A stretch of 64,000 bases of DNA from Guillardia theta CCMP2712 (Eukaryota > Protista > Cryptophyta), in assembly GCF_000315625.1 (NCBI RefSeq), contig NW_005434621.1:330246-394245 (forward strand), in the 5' to 3' direction. The notes under the pieces were generated by a model. It made no database searches. It was given only the letters and a program-made list of their open reading frames with translations, and was not told the origin of the DNA. Positions within the stretch are counted from its first letter, which is position 1, and each line of letters starts with the position of its first letter. Of the stretch, positions 1 through 12,179 are shown piece after piece. A program made the position numbers and the translations under genes.

Positions 1-628
1 GCCGCTGCTGCCCGCGCAGGTCATTGCAAGACTTTACCTATGAAGTTGAACTGCAGGCAGGGCCGGCTGACAACCGGAACAAGCCAATCGTCCTCCATCA
101 AGTGAAGCGGGTGGAACCCGTCCACGAGAGCCGCCGGCATGATGAAGGAGACTTGACTCTCGTTAACGAACGTTGCACTGATGTTCAAGACTTGTGAAGT
201 CGACAGGCTCAACCTGTACAGAAGACAATGAGAGAGGTCGATGAAAGACTTTGACTTGTCTTGTCTCTCACCCCACAATCATCGTTGCTGACGGTGTGAA
301 CTTTCCCAACAAGCTGACCTGATATCCGCCTCTGAAGCAATATTTACCGTCTGTCGATTCAAGACGAAACAAGTGTCTGCAACCTCAAATTTCCCTGCGA
401 AGGCAGCATCGTTCGAACATAATTTGTCTTGTATTCGAAGATAGTTGACAACTTCCCGAAATCTGATGACGACAAATACTTCAGAGATTGAATGAGAGAT
501 TTATGACATGGAAAAGCTTTCAAGGGAAAGAGATCTTGACAAGAAAAGCCTACCGCAGGAGACAGTCACGTTGGCTTTTCCTACCCCAGGCCATGGCGGA
601 ACCTGACGACAGAAGTGACAATGATGTT

Positions 629-662
<34 letters not shown>

Positions 663-677
663 ACAACAACAACAACA

Positions 678-739
<62 letters not shown>

Positions 740-2711
740 AACAACAACAACAACAACATTCCATCTCCCGTCACCTGCACATCCAGCCTCGACAACGACT
801 GAATTTGAGACTTCACGCACTTGTACGCCTTGCATCCGTTCTGACATGTGCAGAAGTCGTAGGCTACCTGACCCTCAACGCCTCTGAAGATCACTTCGCA
901 GCTCTTGCTCTGCCATGGCAACATCCCAGTCAGTCTCCTCGCTCCGACTTACTACATGCGCGTATCACCAACGGCAGACCGTAACCCAGGACGGTCAGGT
1001 ACGAGCCCCCAATGGTGGGCCCAACAGCCTGATCGAAGCTATCCAGCACGGATGTGAACAAGAAATTGAATTGTGAGCCTGCAGAAGAGGAAGAGAAGAA
1101 TGTGAGAGAAACGAAAGATTGAGCTTGCAATTGTGACGCCAAGACAAGATGCACATAATGATCACAACCTCATCACTTGCAGGGGTGAAGTTCAACAACG
1201 ATCATGCGTACCATTCACATCCTGCGTTGCCAGCAGACTTTCGTTGTAGTAGAAGGACACGTTCGATCTGCAAGCTCGGAAATTCCATGAAGGAGAAGGA
1301 AACGAGAAGGAGGTTGTGCTCTCAGTGATGGAGTACTGAACTCGCTCATACTTGTCTTCGCACCGAAACTCAACCATAAAGCTCTGCTCTGCAAAGAATC
1401 CAAAACCCTGCCAGGCCATTCATCAACAACTACCTGCTACCTCTCTCCTCTCCCCGTCACGCTCCTTGTCCTCCTTTCCTCCTCTCCCCCATTATCCCGG
1501 AGCCTCCTCCTCAGCTCCTCCTCTTCTTCCTCACCGTCACTGTGAGCTGCAGCCCTCCACTGGCGTATCCTTGTGTCGGGGAGAGACGGTAGATGACAGG
1601 CTGGAAGGAGACGGAGAGGAAGCGCGAGGAGGTCAAATTCACCGTCTCGTTCCGCTCCTTCACCAACACAAAGAAGTTTACAGTCTGCTGCGGTTGGTCC
1701 CACACCGGAGCAGGGCAGGTCAGGTTCCGCCAGGAGGTCACGGTAGCGTCAGAGCAGGCCGCCTCTGATCCGAAGCAGCACGCGTAGGACAGCGAGGAGC
1801 TGAAGCCGAAGCCCGTGACCACGATCGTGCCTGTCTTGAAGGATCATGTCGGGCCAGCTAGCAGTACCACAAGACTAACCTGACCCATCGGACGGAGCTG
1901 TCTGAGAGCTGATCCCCTCCACCTGCTGGTAGTACACGAGCTCTGAGCTTCCTGGCAGAGCGCTGGCGCCAGCAAGGACGGACAGCTTTATCCTCCTCTG
2001 CTCTCCGACGAGGGGAGGCAGAGGACAGGTAAGCTCCTCGGTGCTGACGACTTGAGCAGGGGTCAGCGCGTGAAAGGGGTTGGAGATGTTCTCGTTCACT
2101 TCAGAGAAGAGGCAGCTGTACTTGACTGGCCCGAGTCGCCCATCGCACAGGGAACATCGCTGAGCGAAGTCGTTGTACGCGTCAAAACCTCGTCCTCGCA
2201 CCTTCATGACCTCAGGGACACCATCGTACTGCCCTGAGACTCCGACGTAGGTCGGGGAAGCAGACGACATCCCTGCTTCCATGTACAGCAAGGCGAAGAA
2301 CTGAGGACGAAGGGCTGTGCGTGCCTTTTCCACTGAGAACCTCACGAGCATTGACGACAGGTCCCAATGGTGAGGTGAGTCGCAGGAGAGCAGTGTGCTT
2401 GATTCGACTTTCGCTGGCTGCCTCCTGACTTCAGCTTCACCGCAGCGAGTGCTCGGAGGCAGTGGAAGTGAGGAACAGATTGTCAAGTCTGTCCGGAACA
2501 CGCACTCGTAGTCACCTGCCACCGGTATGAAGCCCGTGCCGTACACTTCTATCTTTGAGCTCCCCGTGGACAACACACTTGGAACAAAGCTCTCGACGCC
2601 ATTCACGGTGATTGTGTTCCAACTCGCAGGAGAAGAGACAGAGCTCGAGCTCGAGACAAGGATAAAAAAGGCGAGGAAGAACAATGGCACTTTCACTCCT
2701 TGCCTGGTCAT
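1..2711 (-). CDS. Secreted/surface protein with repeated IPT/TIG (Ig-like) domains; multi-exon, 3' end runs off the window
   Basis: ATG at 2711 gives signal peptide MTRQGVKVPLFFLAFFILVSSSS. Exons carry repeated IPT-like motifs (PSVLSTGSSKIEVYGTGF, PVIYRLSPTQGYASGGLQLTV, AVGPTIGGSYLTVLGYGL, AKVESSTLLSC) separated by GT-AG introns. Confidence 0.7.
631..758. repeat. Compound trinucleotide microsatellite (CAT)n(CAA)n(TAC)n(CAA)n, intronic
   Basis: Seen directly; explains the poly-I/N/Y/T/V ORFs. Confidence 0.95.
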
Positions 2712-3957
2712 GGTGACAAAACGTGTTCTCCCTATCACCTCACCCTCGTCTCCTCTCCTCAGGCTCCTCTCCTCTCCTCTCTTCTCCTATCGTCTCGTCT
2801 CGTCTCCTCTCCTCTCCTCTCCTCTCCTCTCCTCTCCTCTCCTCCGTCACATCCAGTAGCCCCTGAGGCTCCGACAGTCCCCTGAGCGCATAGCCAGCAT
2901 CTCCGTCACTTCATCCATCAAAAGGTGTTAACGGGAGAGGTAACTGCTAATAACGGATATAACGGTCAAGCACAGCCTGTGAGTAAAGAAGCCTGTGAGC
3001 ACTGAGAGACTCCTAAGAAGTTCACAGGGCCTTTACTCAAAGTACTGACTCCCGGGCCCGGAGCCTCGGAGTCCGAGTGCCGTGACGACGGCGGCGGACG
3101 GCCCAAGTTTGTCTAACCAGGCTCCGACCGCTGCAACTTTGTTGTGCCCGATCTGCCAGGTTTCTCGCCGTGAGTTTTCCTCGTACTGATCAAGTTTAAC
3201 CTGGTTTACAGTACGAGTCGAGGACTGAGGCTTGACCCTGACCGTCCGCTGTCCGGCGCACAGGCCAGCGAGAACCACACAGTAACTGGAGTGACTGCTG
3301 TCGAGGCTGCCGCAGTGCCACGGTGGGCAGCCTTGCGATCCGGCGGGCCCGGTGAAGCCTCCGGCTGAGCGACGTCATTGCGACCGTACCGTCCGGTGAC
3401 TGATGAGTCAGCCTATCGACTCTTTAAAACTTGAGTAATCGAGTGACTGTCACGATGAATTTATTGCCGCCACGCCGTTACAAGACACTATTCGGAACTC
3501 GGGGAATTCGGTCACTAAAATAAAATAAAAGGTACTGAGGTTTTGATAGTACCAGCCATTTCGGATAAAACATTATTCGGAGCTCCGTATAAAACTATGT
3601 TTTATATCGGATGACCGGAAATATGGTGTCGGAGCCCGCCTCAGTCATGGATGCACAAATATTCAGAATACATGTCGACAGTTTCAAAATCACAGAGAAA
3701 GAATTTCAGCATCATTCAAATTCCAGATTCGGTACCGAGTCACGAAGCGGTCACGAAGATGAAAAACTCGGCCTTGGGCTACAAGATATGCAGCAAGGGT
3801 CGTTAGGGAGACAGGGGGTACTTCGAGGTCAGAAGTGGGGATCACAAAAAAGGGGGTGGGTAGCGCTCACTTTACTCAGGGGAATGTTGAGAAGGCTTTT
3901 GGACACGGGGTGGGTACTGAGAACGAGGCATGAGATGCAGCGACTGTGTTGAACAGA

Positions 3958-4022
3958 GCATGGAGATCTAGATCAACGTCGAGATCACCATGCAGATCTA
4001 GATCACCGTCGAGATCAGCATG
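3958..4022. repeat. Two-copy ~30 bp tandem repeat upstream of the TIR/RSH gene
   Basis: catggagatctagatcaacgtcgagatcac / catgcagatctagatcaccgtcgagatcag. Confidence 0.85.
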
Positions 4023-4131
4023 TCATCAACATCTTCCTTGTTGCTGGTCGATCACTGCCTCCTCTGAGAGCCGACGATGGGGCAACTCTTCGAATGATGC
4101 CAAACGTGCAGGAAAGCAGAAGTTGTTGCTG

Positions 4132-6939
4132 ATGTTCTCAATAGGGAAGATGCATATCTTTGTAACGAGATTGCATCCATCACAACAAAACGAAGTTTCC
4201 GGCGATGTTGTACAGGAAGCTGATCCGTTTCCTGAGCTCCTACATCACAGCATCCACCAAATCCAATCGTCCGAGTCCAAGAGTGTTTTCAAGATCTACC
4301 CCGAGGCAACTTATCTTGACATGGACTGCGTGCCTGGCTCCTTTGCGGGAGAGTCGAGAGTATCCAAAGCAAAGTACTTGAGGAACAGCTCCATCTTTGT
4401 GCCCATTATTACATGGGGAAGGGATCACAGCGTTCTGAACGAGCTTGCACGAATCAACGAGGAGAGCGATGTAGAGAGTGACTTCGTGGTGTACGCGTTG
4501 GTAGCCATCTACTTGCTGCATAACAGCGTTGGCAGACTGAAGACGGTGTTCTCGATCCTGCAAGATGAGTCAGGGGGGCAATGCTCGATGATGGACGCGT
4601 GCCGCCAGTTGAGCAAGAAGCCTTCTCTGCTAAGTTGCGAGCGGGCGTGCTCACTGCTGCAGCAGGGAGGAGTTCGCAAGGAAAGGGAGAGGATCCTCGA
4701 ATTTCTTCTCAAGATCTCTGTGCAAGATGCGGTGTTGCTCCTCCTTCCAGCGGGATGGTGCGAGGAGGCACCGATGGTGGGGGGGAACAAGGGGACGTGT
4801 GCCATGTACGTGATGCCGGACGGGGAGGTGGAGAAGGGTGCCGTCGAGGCTGCAGAGCTGATTACAGACTGTCTTGTAAGCATCGTGAACAAGCACATCG
4901 AGCGGAAGCTGTGGGAGTTCTCCAACCACAACCCCCGAGGGATCGAAGTCCTGCAGGTGCTGCGGGAGCTGGGAGTCCACGAACAGTTCAATGAGTACTT
5001 TGCGCTGCGAGGCATCGAGTCTTTTGAGAGGCTGTCGAGCCTGGGGCACAATGTTTCCTTGAAGAAGGAGTGCAACGTGGTGTTCAGATCCTGCGACGAG
5101 GTTGTCACAGTGATGTCTCGGCACGATGAGGATTCGATCAAAACGCTGCAGATGCTTGCCTCCGAGCACAAGAGGGACAAGCGATTTCGACCCTTGAACG
5201 AGCGGCTCAGGCAGTACAGAGATACGGACGTGAACGGAGTGCTGGCTCTCCGCACCAGCAACTCACTCGAGACAGCCTTGGTGAAACTTCCTGCGAGAGT
5301 CTGCATTACTTTCCTGAGCACAGTGTACCTGGTGTTTGGTATCAAACAGCTTATGTCAGTGTGGACAGAAAGCATTTGGCTACCGGAAGCAAACTCGACG
5401 ACGCCTGTAGAGCCTCGAACTGTGAAGATATCGGTGATAGCAGACCCAATCATCAGCTTCTACTGGAGCTTCCTCTTTCTCTCGGGCATAGTCATCGGGA
5501 TTGTCAACACTCCACTGCGGGCCAAGTGGCTCCTTCTCTTTACAGGGCACCTGGTGATTGTTGGGAATTTGTTCTGCGCCCTGTCGGATTTCGTGCAATG
5601 CTCCACTCAGGGGACGGGGATAGGATCGTATTGTAGCGGGACTTCGCACATAGTGACTGTGATCTTCGTTGCGTTCGCAATGTACCTTGCGCATTTTGTT
5701 CAGCACTACTTCTGGATAGCAGCTTTCTTCCTCCAAGGCGCTTTCTGTCTCTTTTCATTTGTCGACATTGAAGGATGGTTCAGGATGTTATTCCTCGCTC
5801 TCGGGTTGGGATGCTTCGTCGTTGCCTTCATCATAGTCCTCCAGTTTCGCAAGCAGTACAGGAAGACTTTCATGGAGCTGACGGCGGCTATGAAAAGCTT
5901 CGATGAGAGCTGGGAGACGGTGAGGGAACAAAATACACAGGCAATAGAAGAAATCAACCAGCGAGTCCGATCCATATCTCAAGAGCTGAACGAGGTGATC
6001 AAAGGGGGCACCAAGACTTGGACTCTATACCTGAGTGTGATGCTGGGCATGCGGAGATCGCGATACTCGAGTCGCAACGATAAAATCCGGCAGGAGAGCA
6101 GCGACTTCGAGCGACTGTTCCTGCAGGCGCAGGAGATCAGTGCTCAGTTCCAGCTGTGGGTGTCTAGTTGGAATCAGGTGGGCAGAGTCGAGCACGGGAA
6201 CGTCAAGTCCTGCTCGCGAGCGATGCAGAAGACCGTCAGGTCGTACCAGCGGGACCCCTCCTGCTTGACCGACCTCGTGAGGTGCACGGTAGTAGTGCAG
6301 TCCATCGATGAAGTTCTTGCGTGGGTGACTTTCCTGCGCGAACAATCTGTGGTTGGCTTCGAGGTGAACGGTAGGGACAAGCCTGGGTCGTCGCGGGTGA
6401 CGTCAGAGGACATAGAGGTGGGCAGAGGAGGAGGAGGTACGGAGGGAGTGACGGAGAAGGCAGGCGGGGAGGGACGCAATGAGAGGAGACATCTTCATGA
6501 GCATCACGAGCATTAAGAATCGGTAAGGAGGGGAGGGAGAGTGAGGCAAACGCGTTGCACCTTACACACTCCTGTTAGGTACGATCCCTCGTACAAGGCG
6601 AGCATCAGTGGAGGATACAGAGACCTCTGCGTCTGTGTGGAGGTAGGAGGAGCAGGGCTGGGTACACGAGAGCTGACGCGATGGGGGCTGAAGGTGGGAT
6701 GGACGCGAGACGAGATGAATCAAACTTGTAGCCTCGTGCCAGTGAGGGAGTGGGGGCAGACGGCAGGGCTTCGGAAGCACATCTGTGAGATCCAGGTGGG
6801 AGAGGAGCTCGGGACGGTCCTCGGAGGTCAGGGGAGTTACTGACGCCGTCATTGGCAGGTGCTGCTGGAGGAGATGCACGCTATCAAGAAGCTCCTGCAC
6901 AAGGAGTACGTGAACTTCCGCAACACCCTATGCCAGTAG
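4132..6939 (+). CDS. Multi-pass membrane protein: TIR-like + SAM-like + ~6-7 TM helices + C-terminal RelA/SpoT-like nucleotidyltransferase
   Basis: Long first exon (ORF 3946-6516; start probably 4132 or 4150). Intron 6418-6463 and three further short introns restore ...FMSITSIKNR/YDPSYKASISGGYRDLCVCVE/VGW...HICEIQ/VLLEEMHAIKKLLHKEYVNFRNTLCQ* (TAG 6937-6939). RSH-synthetase-like motifs: GNVKSCSRAMQK, DLVRC, GGYRDL, EIQ. Confidence 0.75.
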
Positions 6940-7172
6940 AGATGCCGCCGGGATGTCGCCGTTGTGTACTATGATGTGCCATACGATCAGTTAGTGTAGT
7001 TAGTATTCTTTTCCTCTTCTGTACAGATCTGATTAAAATCATGATAGTCATTCCCAGTAGTGGTCCTCTAAATATTAATTCCGTGATACTAATAATGATT
7101 TACCCACCCCACAATAAGTTTTCGAAAAATAATTAGCGACCCTAAAGAGTATTGACCCGGCGGCTGGGCGAC

Positions 7173-10077
7173 ATGGCAGACGCTGGATGGTGGATCGGGG
7201 CGCTCGTGGCGGCAGCATGCGGGATGGCAGCGATGTGGGGGATGAGGAGAAGCAGAGGAGGTGAGGATGGGATGAGCCTGCGACATCGACCTCTGCTCAG
7301 TCAGCTAGGGGAGGAGGGGATGGGGAGGGAAAGTTGACTTTGGCCCTTGTCCAGGGGAACGTGGAAAGCAGCCGTCGGGGAGCAAGAAGGTTGCGTTTGT
7401 GCATCCGGATCTTGGGATAGGAGGAGCTGAACGGCTGGTATGATCATGATTCTGGTGTTGTCTTGTCCAGTCAAGAGTAGGATGGGTGATGTGGAAGCGA
7501 CCGTGGGGGTTCTGAGAAGAAAGTCCTGAAAATGATTGAGCATTGTGAATGAGAGGAGTAGGAGGGTGAGAGGTAGAAGAGGAGGGGAAGTTGAGGTAGG
7601 GTTGCAGGTGGTCGATGCTGCTGTTGGTTTGCAAAACAAGGGCCACAGTGTCGTGATGTACACCTCACATCACGACAAGAACCACTGCTTCCAAGAAACA
7701 AGGGATGGCACGTTGAACGTGGAGGTAGCCGTGTCGAAGATTCGCTGTTTCCTCTTGTCACCTTCATCAGGTGTTTGGGGACTTTCTCCCTCGGCACCTC
7801 CTCGGAAGGTTTCACATCCTGTTTGCAACGCTCCGAGGGATTTATCTAGCCATCGTGAGAGATTGCTTGTCCACAGGACCATAGAGAAAAACATTGCGTT
7901 TGTCTCTTATGCAGATTCCTTGCAGGTCATCCTGCTGACACAATCGCACTATGATGTGATCATCGTCGATCAGCTCTCGGTTCTTGTGACTTCCGGTGGT
8001 TGTTCGAGGGATCTGACAAATGTACTCATCCAGGTTCCCGTACCCATCCTCCTCGCCACAGGATCGAAGATCGTCTTCTACTGCCATTTCCCGGACCTGA
8101 AGCTCTCTGGGCGGTGAGCTTGAGGGTGTGGGCGACGGAGAGGAGCTGGTTGAAACGAGGGCAGGCGGAGTTTGATGAAATCTCTATACCGCCTGCCTTT
8201 CGACTGGCTCGAGGAGTTCACTACGTTGCTCGCTCACAGGGTATCCTACCTGATCGCACTCTTGTTGTGCATACCGACATGCACGTGTTTGCAGATCCTG
8301 GTCAACAGCAAGTACACTGCCCAGGTCTTCCACGAGACATTTGCAAGCGCGAAGATCTCGCCAGAGGTCGAGATGGAGAGCTGGGGCTCGAGGTTGACGT
8401 TGAATGTAGGTGCTCTACCCCAGCATCAATCTCAAGTCGTACGAGAGGAACGAGAGCGGGACGTCGACGAGATCGGAGGAGGCGGGGACGTTGCTCAAGA
8501 CTCTGCGCGACTTCACGTACGCTGCTGCTGTTCCTCCTCCTCCTCCTCCTCCTCCTCCTCCTCCTCCTCCTCCTCCTCCTCCTCCTCCTCCTCCTCCAAG
8601 CAGAGTTTTCGTTCCTTGGCGACTGAGACGACTGAAGGTGTTTCGTGTCTATCAACCGTTTCGAGCGCAAGAAGAACATCGATCTGGCAGTAAAGGCTTT
8701 TGGTACTTCTTGTCACCTTGCCAGCCTGCGTTGAGGGCATGGCTGCTGGCAGCTCGCCTGAAGCGAGATCAGCCCAAGGATGAGTTCGGGAAGTTGAGAC
8801 TAATCATTGCCGGGGGGTACGACCCGAGAGTCACGGAGAATGTAAGAGATTCGTCGTCTCTCCCATCGCCGCACCGCTCACCATGACGGCGCAGGTCGAG
8901 TACAAGCGGGAGCTAGAGGGGCTGAGCAAGTCCCTTGCTGTTTCAGATCAAGTCTGTCGAATTATCCTCTCTCATCCTTTCCTATCTCCCCCCCCCCTCC
9001 TCCTCCTCCCCCTCCTCTCCTGCTCTCTCCGTCCTCTCCTACGACTCTCCTCTCCTGCCTCGCTGCCTTGCCGTCTCCATCCCTCCTCCTCGTTTCTCTA
9101 GATGCGAATGACATGTTCTCCAGATCATTTTCAAAGCAAGCTTCAGCGACGAGGAGCGATCCCTCATGCTGAGGTCTCTCTGTCCTTGTCCCCCCTCCTC
9201 CCCTCCTCCCCTCTCCCCTTTCCTACCTCTCTCCCCTCTCCCCTCTCCTCCTCCTTCCCTCTCATCTCCCACCTGCAGCCATTGCTTCGCAGTGATCTAC
9301 ACGCCTTCCAACGAGCATTTCGGCATTGTGCGCTTCAGACACGCCATGGGAAGCGTCTGATGAATGTCGGCAGGTTCCGATAGAAGCCATGTACAGCCAG
9401 CGTCCTGTCCTCGCATGCAACAGCGGAGGACCAACTGAGAGCGTTCTACACGAAGTCAGCCTCCTCCTCTCTCGCCCCTCCTCTCTCTCCTTGTCCTCTC
9501 CGTCCTCGTCCTCGTCCTCACTTTCCTCCCTATTCTCGTCCTTTTACCTAGTATTCCTTCCTTTCCGCTCCTCCTTTCTCGCTCCTCCTTCCTCGTCCTG
9601 CTCCTCCATCCCTCATTTAAATTTTCTGCCTCTTGACTCATTTTGAGCAGAAGACGGGGCTTCTGTGCGAGGCCACAGAAGAAGATTTTGCCTCGGGGAT
9701 GAACAGAATGTTGAAGGACAGGAGCTGGGCAAGAGAAATGGGGGCGAATGGAAGGTGAAGACCTCAGCTTGCTGTTGTTTCGATGATGATGACGACGACG
9801 ACGATGATTACAATGATGATGATGATTATGATGATGATGATGATGACGACGACGACGATGATGATGATGATTACAATGATGATGATGATGATGACAACCA
9901 TGATTGGATGATGATGGTGCGACAATGATGGTGATGATGAATGATATTGAGATTGAGATTATGATTGTTGTGATTATTACGACGATGATGGGCTTTGTTG
10001 ACAGGAAAAGGGTACAGGAGAATTTCTCTTTGGATGCCTTCTCCCAAAGGCTACACGAAATCATAAGATCTTTATGA
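7173..10077 (+). CDS. ALG2: Alpha-1,3/1,6-mannosyltransferase (GT4), multi-exon
   Basis: Exon motifs VAFVHPDLGIGGAERL, MYTSHHDKNHCFQET, IVFYCHFPD, YRLPFDWLEE, SINRFERKKNIDLA, AGGYDPRVTEN, YTPSNEHFGIV, PIEAM...NSGGPTESV; ends ENFSLDAFSQRLHEIIRSL* at 10077. Confidence 0.92.
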
Positions 10078-10960
10078 TATCAACAAAACCTCGACTTTCT
10101 TTGTGACTCAGATGATTCAACTCATCGCATTGTATCAAACGGCAGGACAGTCATATGGTCCTGTCCTCTCATCATACTCATCTTCTCCCCTCATCCCATC
10201 CCCTCATCCCATCCCATCCCATCTCATCTCATCTCATCTCATCTCATCTCATCTCATCTCATCTCATCTCATCTCATCACATCACATCACATCTCATCTC
10301 ATCTCATCTCATCACATCACATCACATCTCATCTCGTCTCGTCTCGTCTCGTCTCGTCTCGTCTCATCTCCCCTCATCTCATCTCCCCTCATCTCATCTC
10401 CCCTCCTCTCCTCTCCTCTCCTCTCCTCTCCTCTCCTCTCCTCTCCTCTCCTCTCCTCTCCTCTCATCTCTTCTCGTAGAATTCCTTTCCTATCTGTTGG
10501 CTTTTTTACTTGGCCCTGTCTACACACAAAGGACGTGTACTACCACTACCCCCTATTTACCGCATGTGAGTACCCCATTACACTCACTATTACTCCCCAA
10601 CATTCCTTTCTCCCTCCCTCCCTCCCTCCCTCTCCCTCCCTCTTCCTCCCTCTCCTTCTCTCTCCCTCTCTCCTTCTCTCTCCCTCTCTCCCTCTCCCTC
10701 GCTCCCTCTCCCTCTCCCTCTCCCTTGCTCCCTTGCTCTTTCCCTCTCTCCCTCTCCATCACTACTCATTCTCTCAATATTCTCCTCTAGGATTCTTCTA
10801 TATTCTCCTCACCTGCTTGCTTCTCCGCTTTCCAACCACAGCTGCTGACTTACCTTTTCCTTGTCTTGCCCTCCCGCCCTTGCCTCGTTCAACGCCTTGC
10901 GACATGCTCTTGTAGTTCCGGCTCTACTTCCAGCATCCAGCATCCTTCACCGACAACATC

Positions 10961-12125
10961 ATGGCAGACACAACAAGCGCAGGGCAGCTCGCATTGGGGG
11001 ACTGGGCAATGGTGTGGATATATTTCATCCTCTGCATGGGGATAGGGCTGGGTATAGCGTACAAGAACCGGAACAAGGGGGGAGGAGCGACAGGACCCAA
11101 ACTCGTCTCGCAGTCCAGCCAGTGCTCGTCCGATGACGGGCATGCAGAGAGGTACTTCTTGGCGGGAAGGGAAGCAGCGTTCTGGGCTGTCGGCGCGTCA
11201 CTCTTCGCTTCCAACATCGGATCCGAACATTTCATCGGCCTCGCAGGGAGCGGAGCCAAGGTCGGCATGTGCGTCTCCTGGGGAGAGTGGCTGTCGCCCT
11301 TCGCCATCCTCCTCCTAGGCTGGGTCTTCGTCCCCCTCTACATCGGCTCTGGCGTCTTCACCATGCCGGAGTTCCTCGAGCGGCGGTACTCGCGCGGGCT
11401 GCGTACCTACTACGCGTGCCTCCTCCTCTTCCTCTACGTACTCACCAAGGTCAGCGTCGCCCTCTACGCTGGAGCAGTCGTGCTGCAGCAGACGGTCGGG
11501 TGGGACCTGTGGAGCGGGGCCGTGAGCCTGGTGGTGGGGACGGGAATCTACACGGCGACCGGGGGCATGGCGGCAGTGATCTACACTGAAGTGATCCAGA
11601 CCGTGGTCCTGATCGCAGGCGGCCTCGTCCTCCTCTTCATCGCCATGCAGAGGGTCGGAGGGTTCGACATGATGTGGCAGAAGGTGTGGGAAAAGTGGGG
11701 TGGAGGATGACAAGGAGGGAGGAATGAAGGGGCAGGAGGAGGGGGAGGAGGAGGAGGAGGAAGGGAAGGGGACGTATTCTGGGAGGAGGAGGAGAACGAT
11801 AATGATTCGATGATACGATGATGATATGATGTTCGTGATGACGATGGTGTTTGTGTTTGTGTTGGTAAGAAGAAGGAGGAGGAGGAGGAAGCGGAGAGGG
11901 AAGAGGAGGAGGAGCAGAAGGGAGGAGGAAGAGGAGGAGGAGGAGGAGGAGGAGGAGGAGGAGGAAGATTGAACATTAACGAACCTCAAAGGTCCCAGGA
12001 GAGCACGCACATTTGTTTCAACCACCTTCTCATGAAGACTTCCCATGGACTGGAGTTTTCTTCGGAATGCCTTTCACCTCCATCTGGTAGCCCCTGCATC
12101 CCGACATTACTTCTACCCCAGCCCT

Positions 12126-12179
<54 letters not shown>

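Noticed and set aside
488-887. Homopolymer-amino-acid ORFs (also near 8.5, 9.8, 10.2, 13.9, 17.4 and 61.0 kb)
   Set aside because: Produced by intronic or intergenic microsatellites.
4509-5453. 314 aa minus-strand ORF (likewise 35376-36260 + and 59202-60008 -)
   Set aside because: Antisense to well-supported genes, with no motifs.
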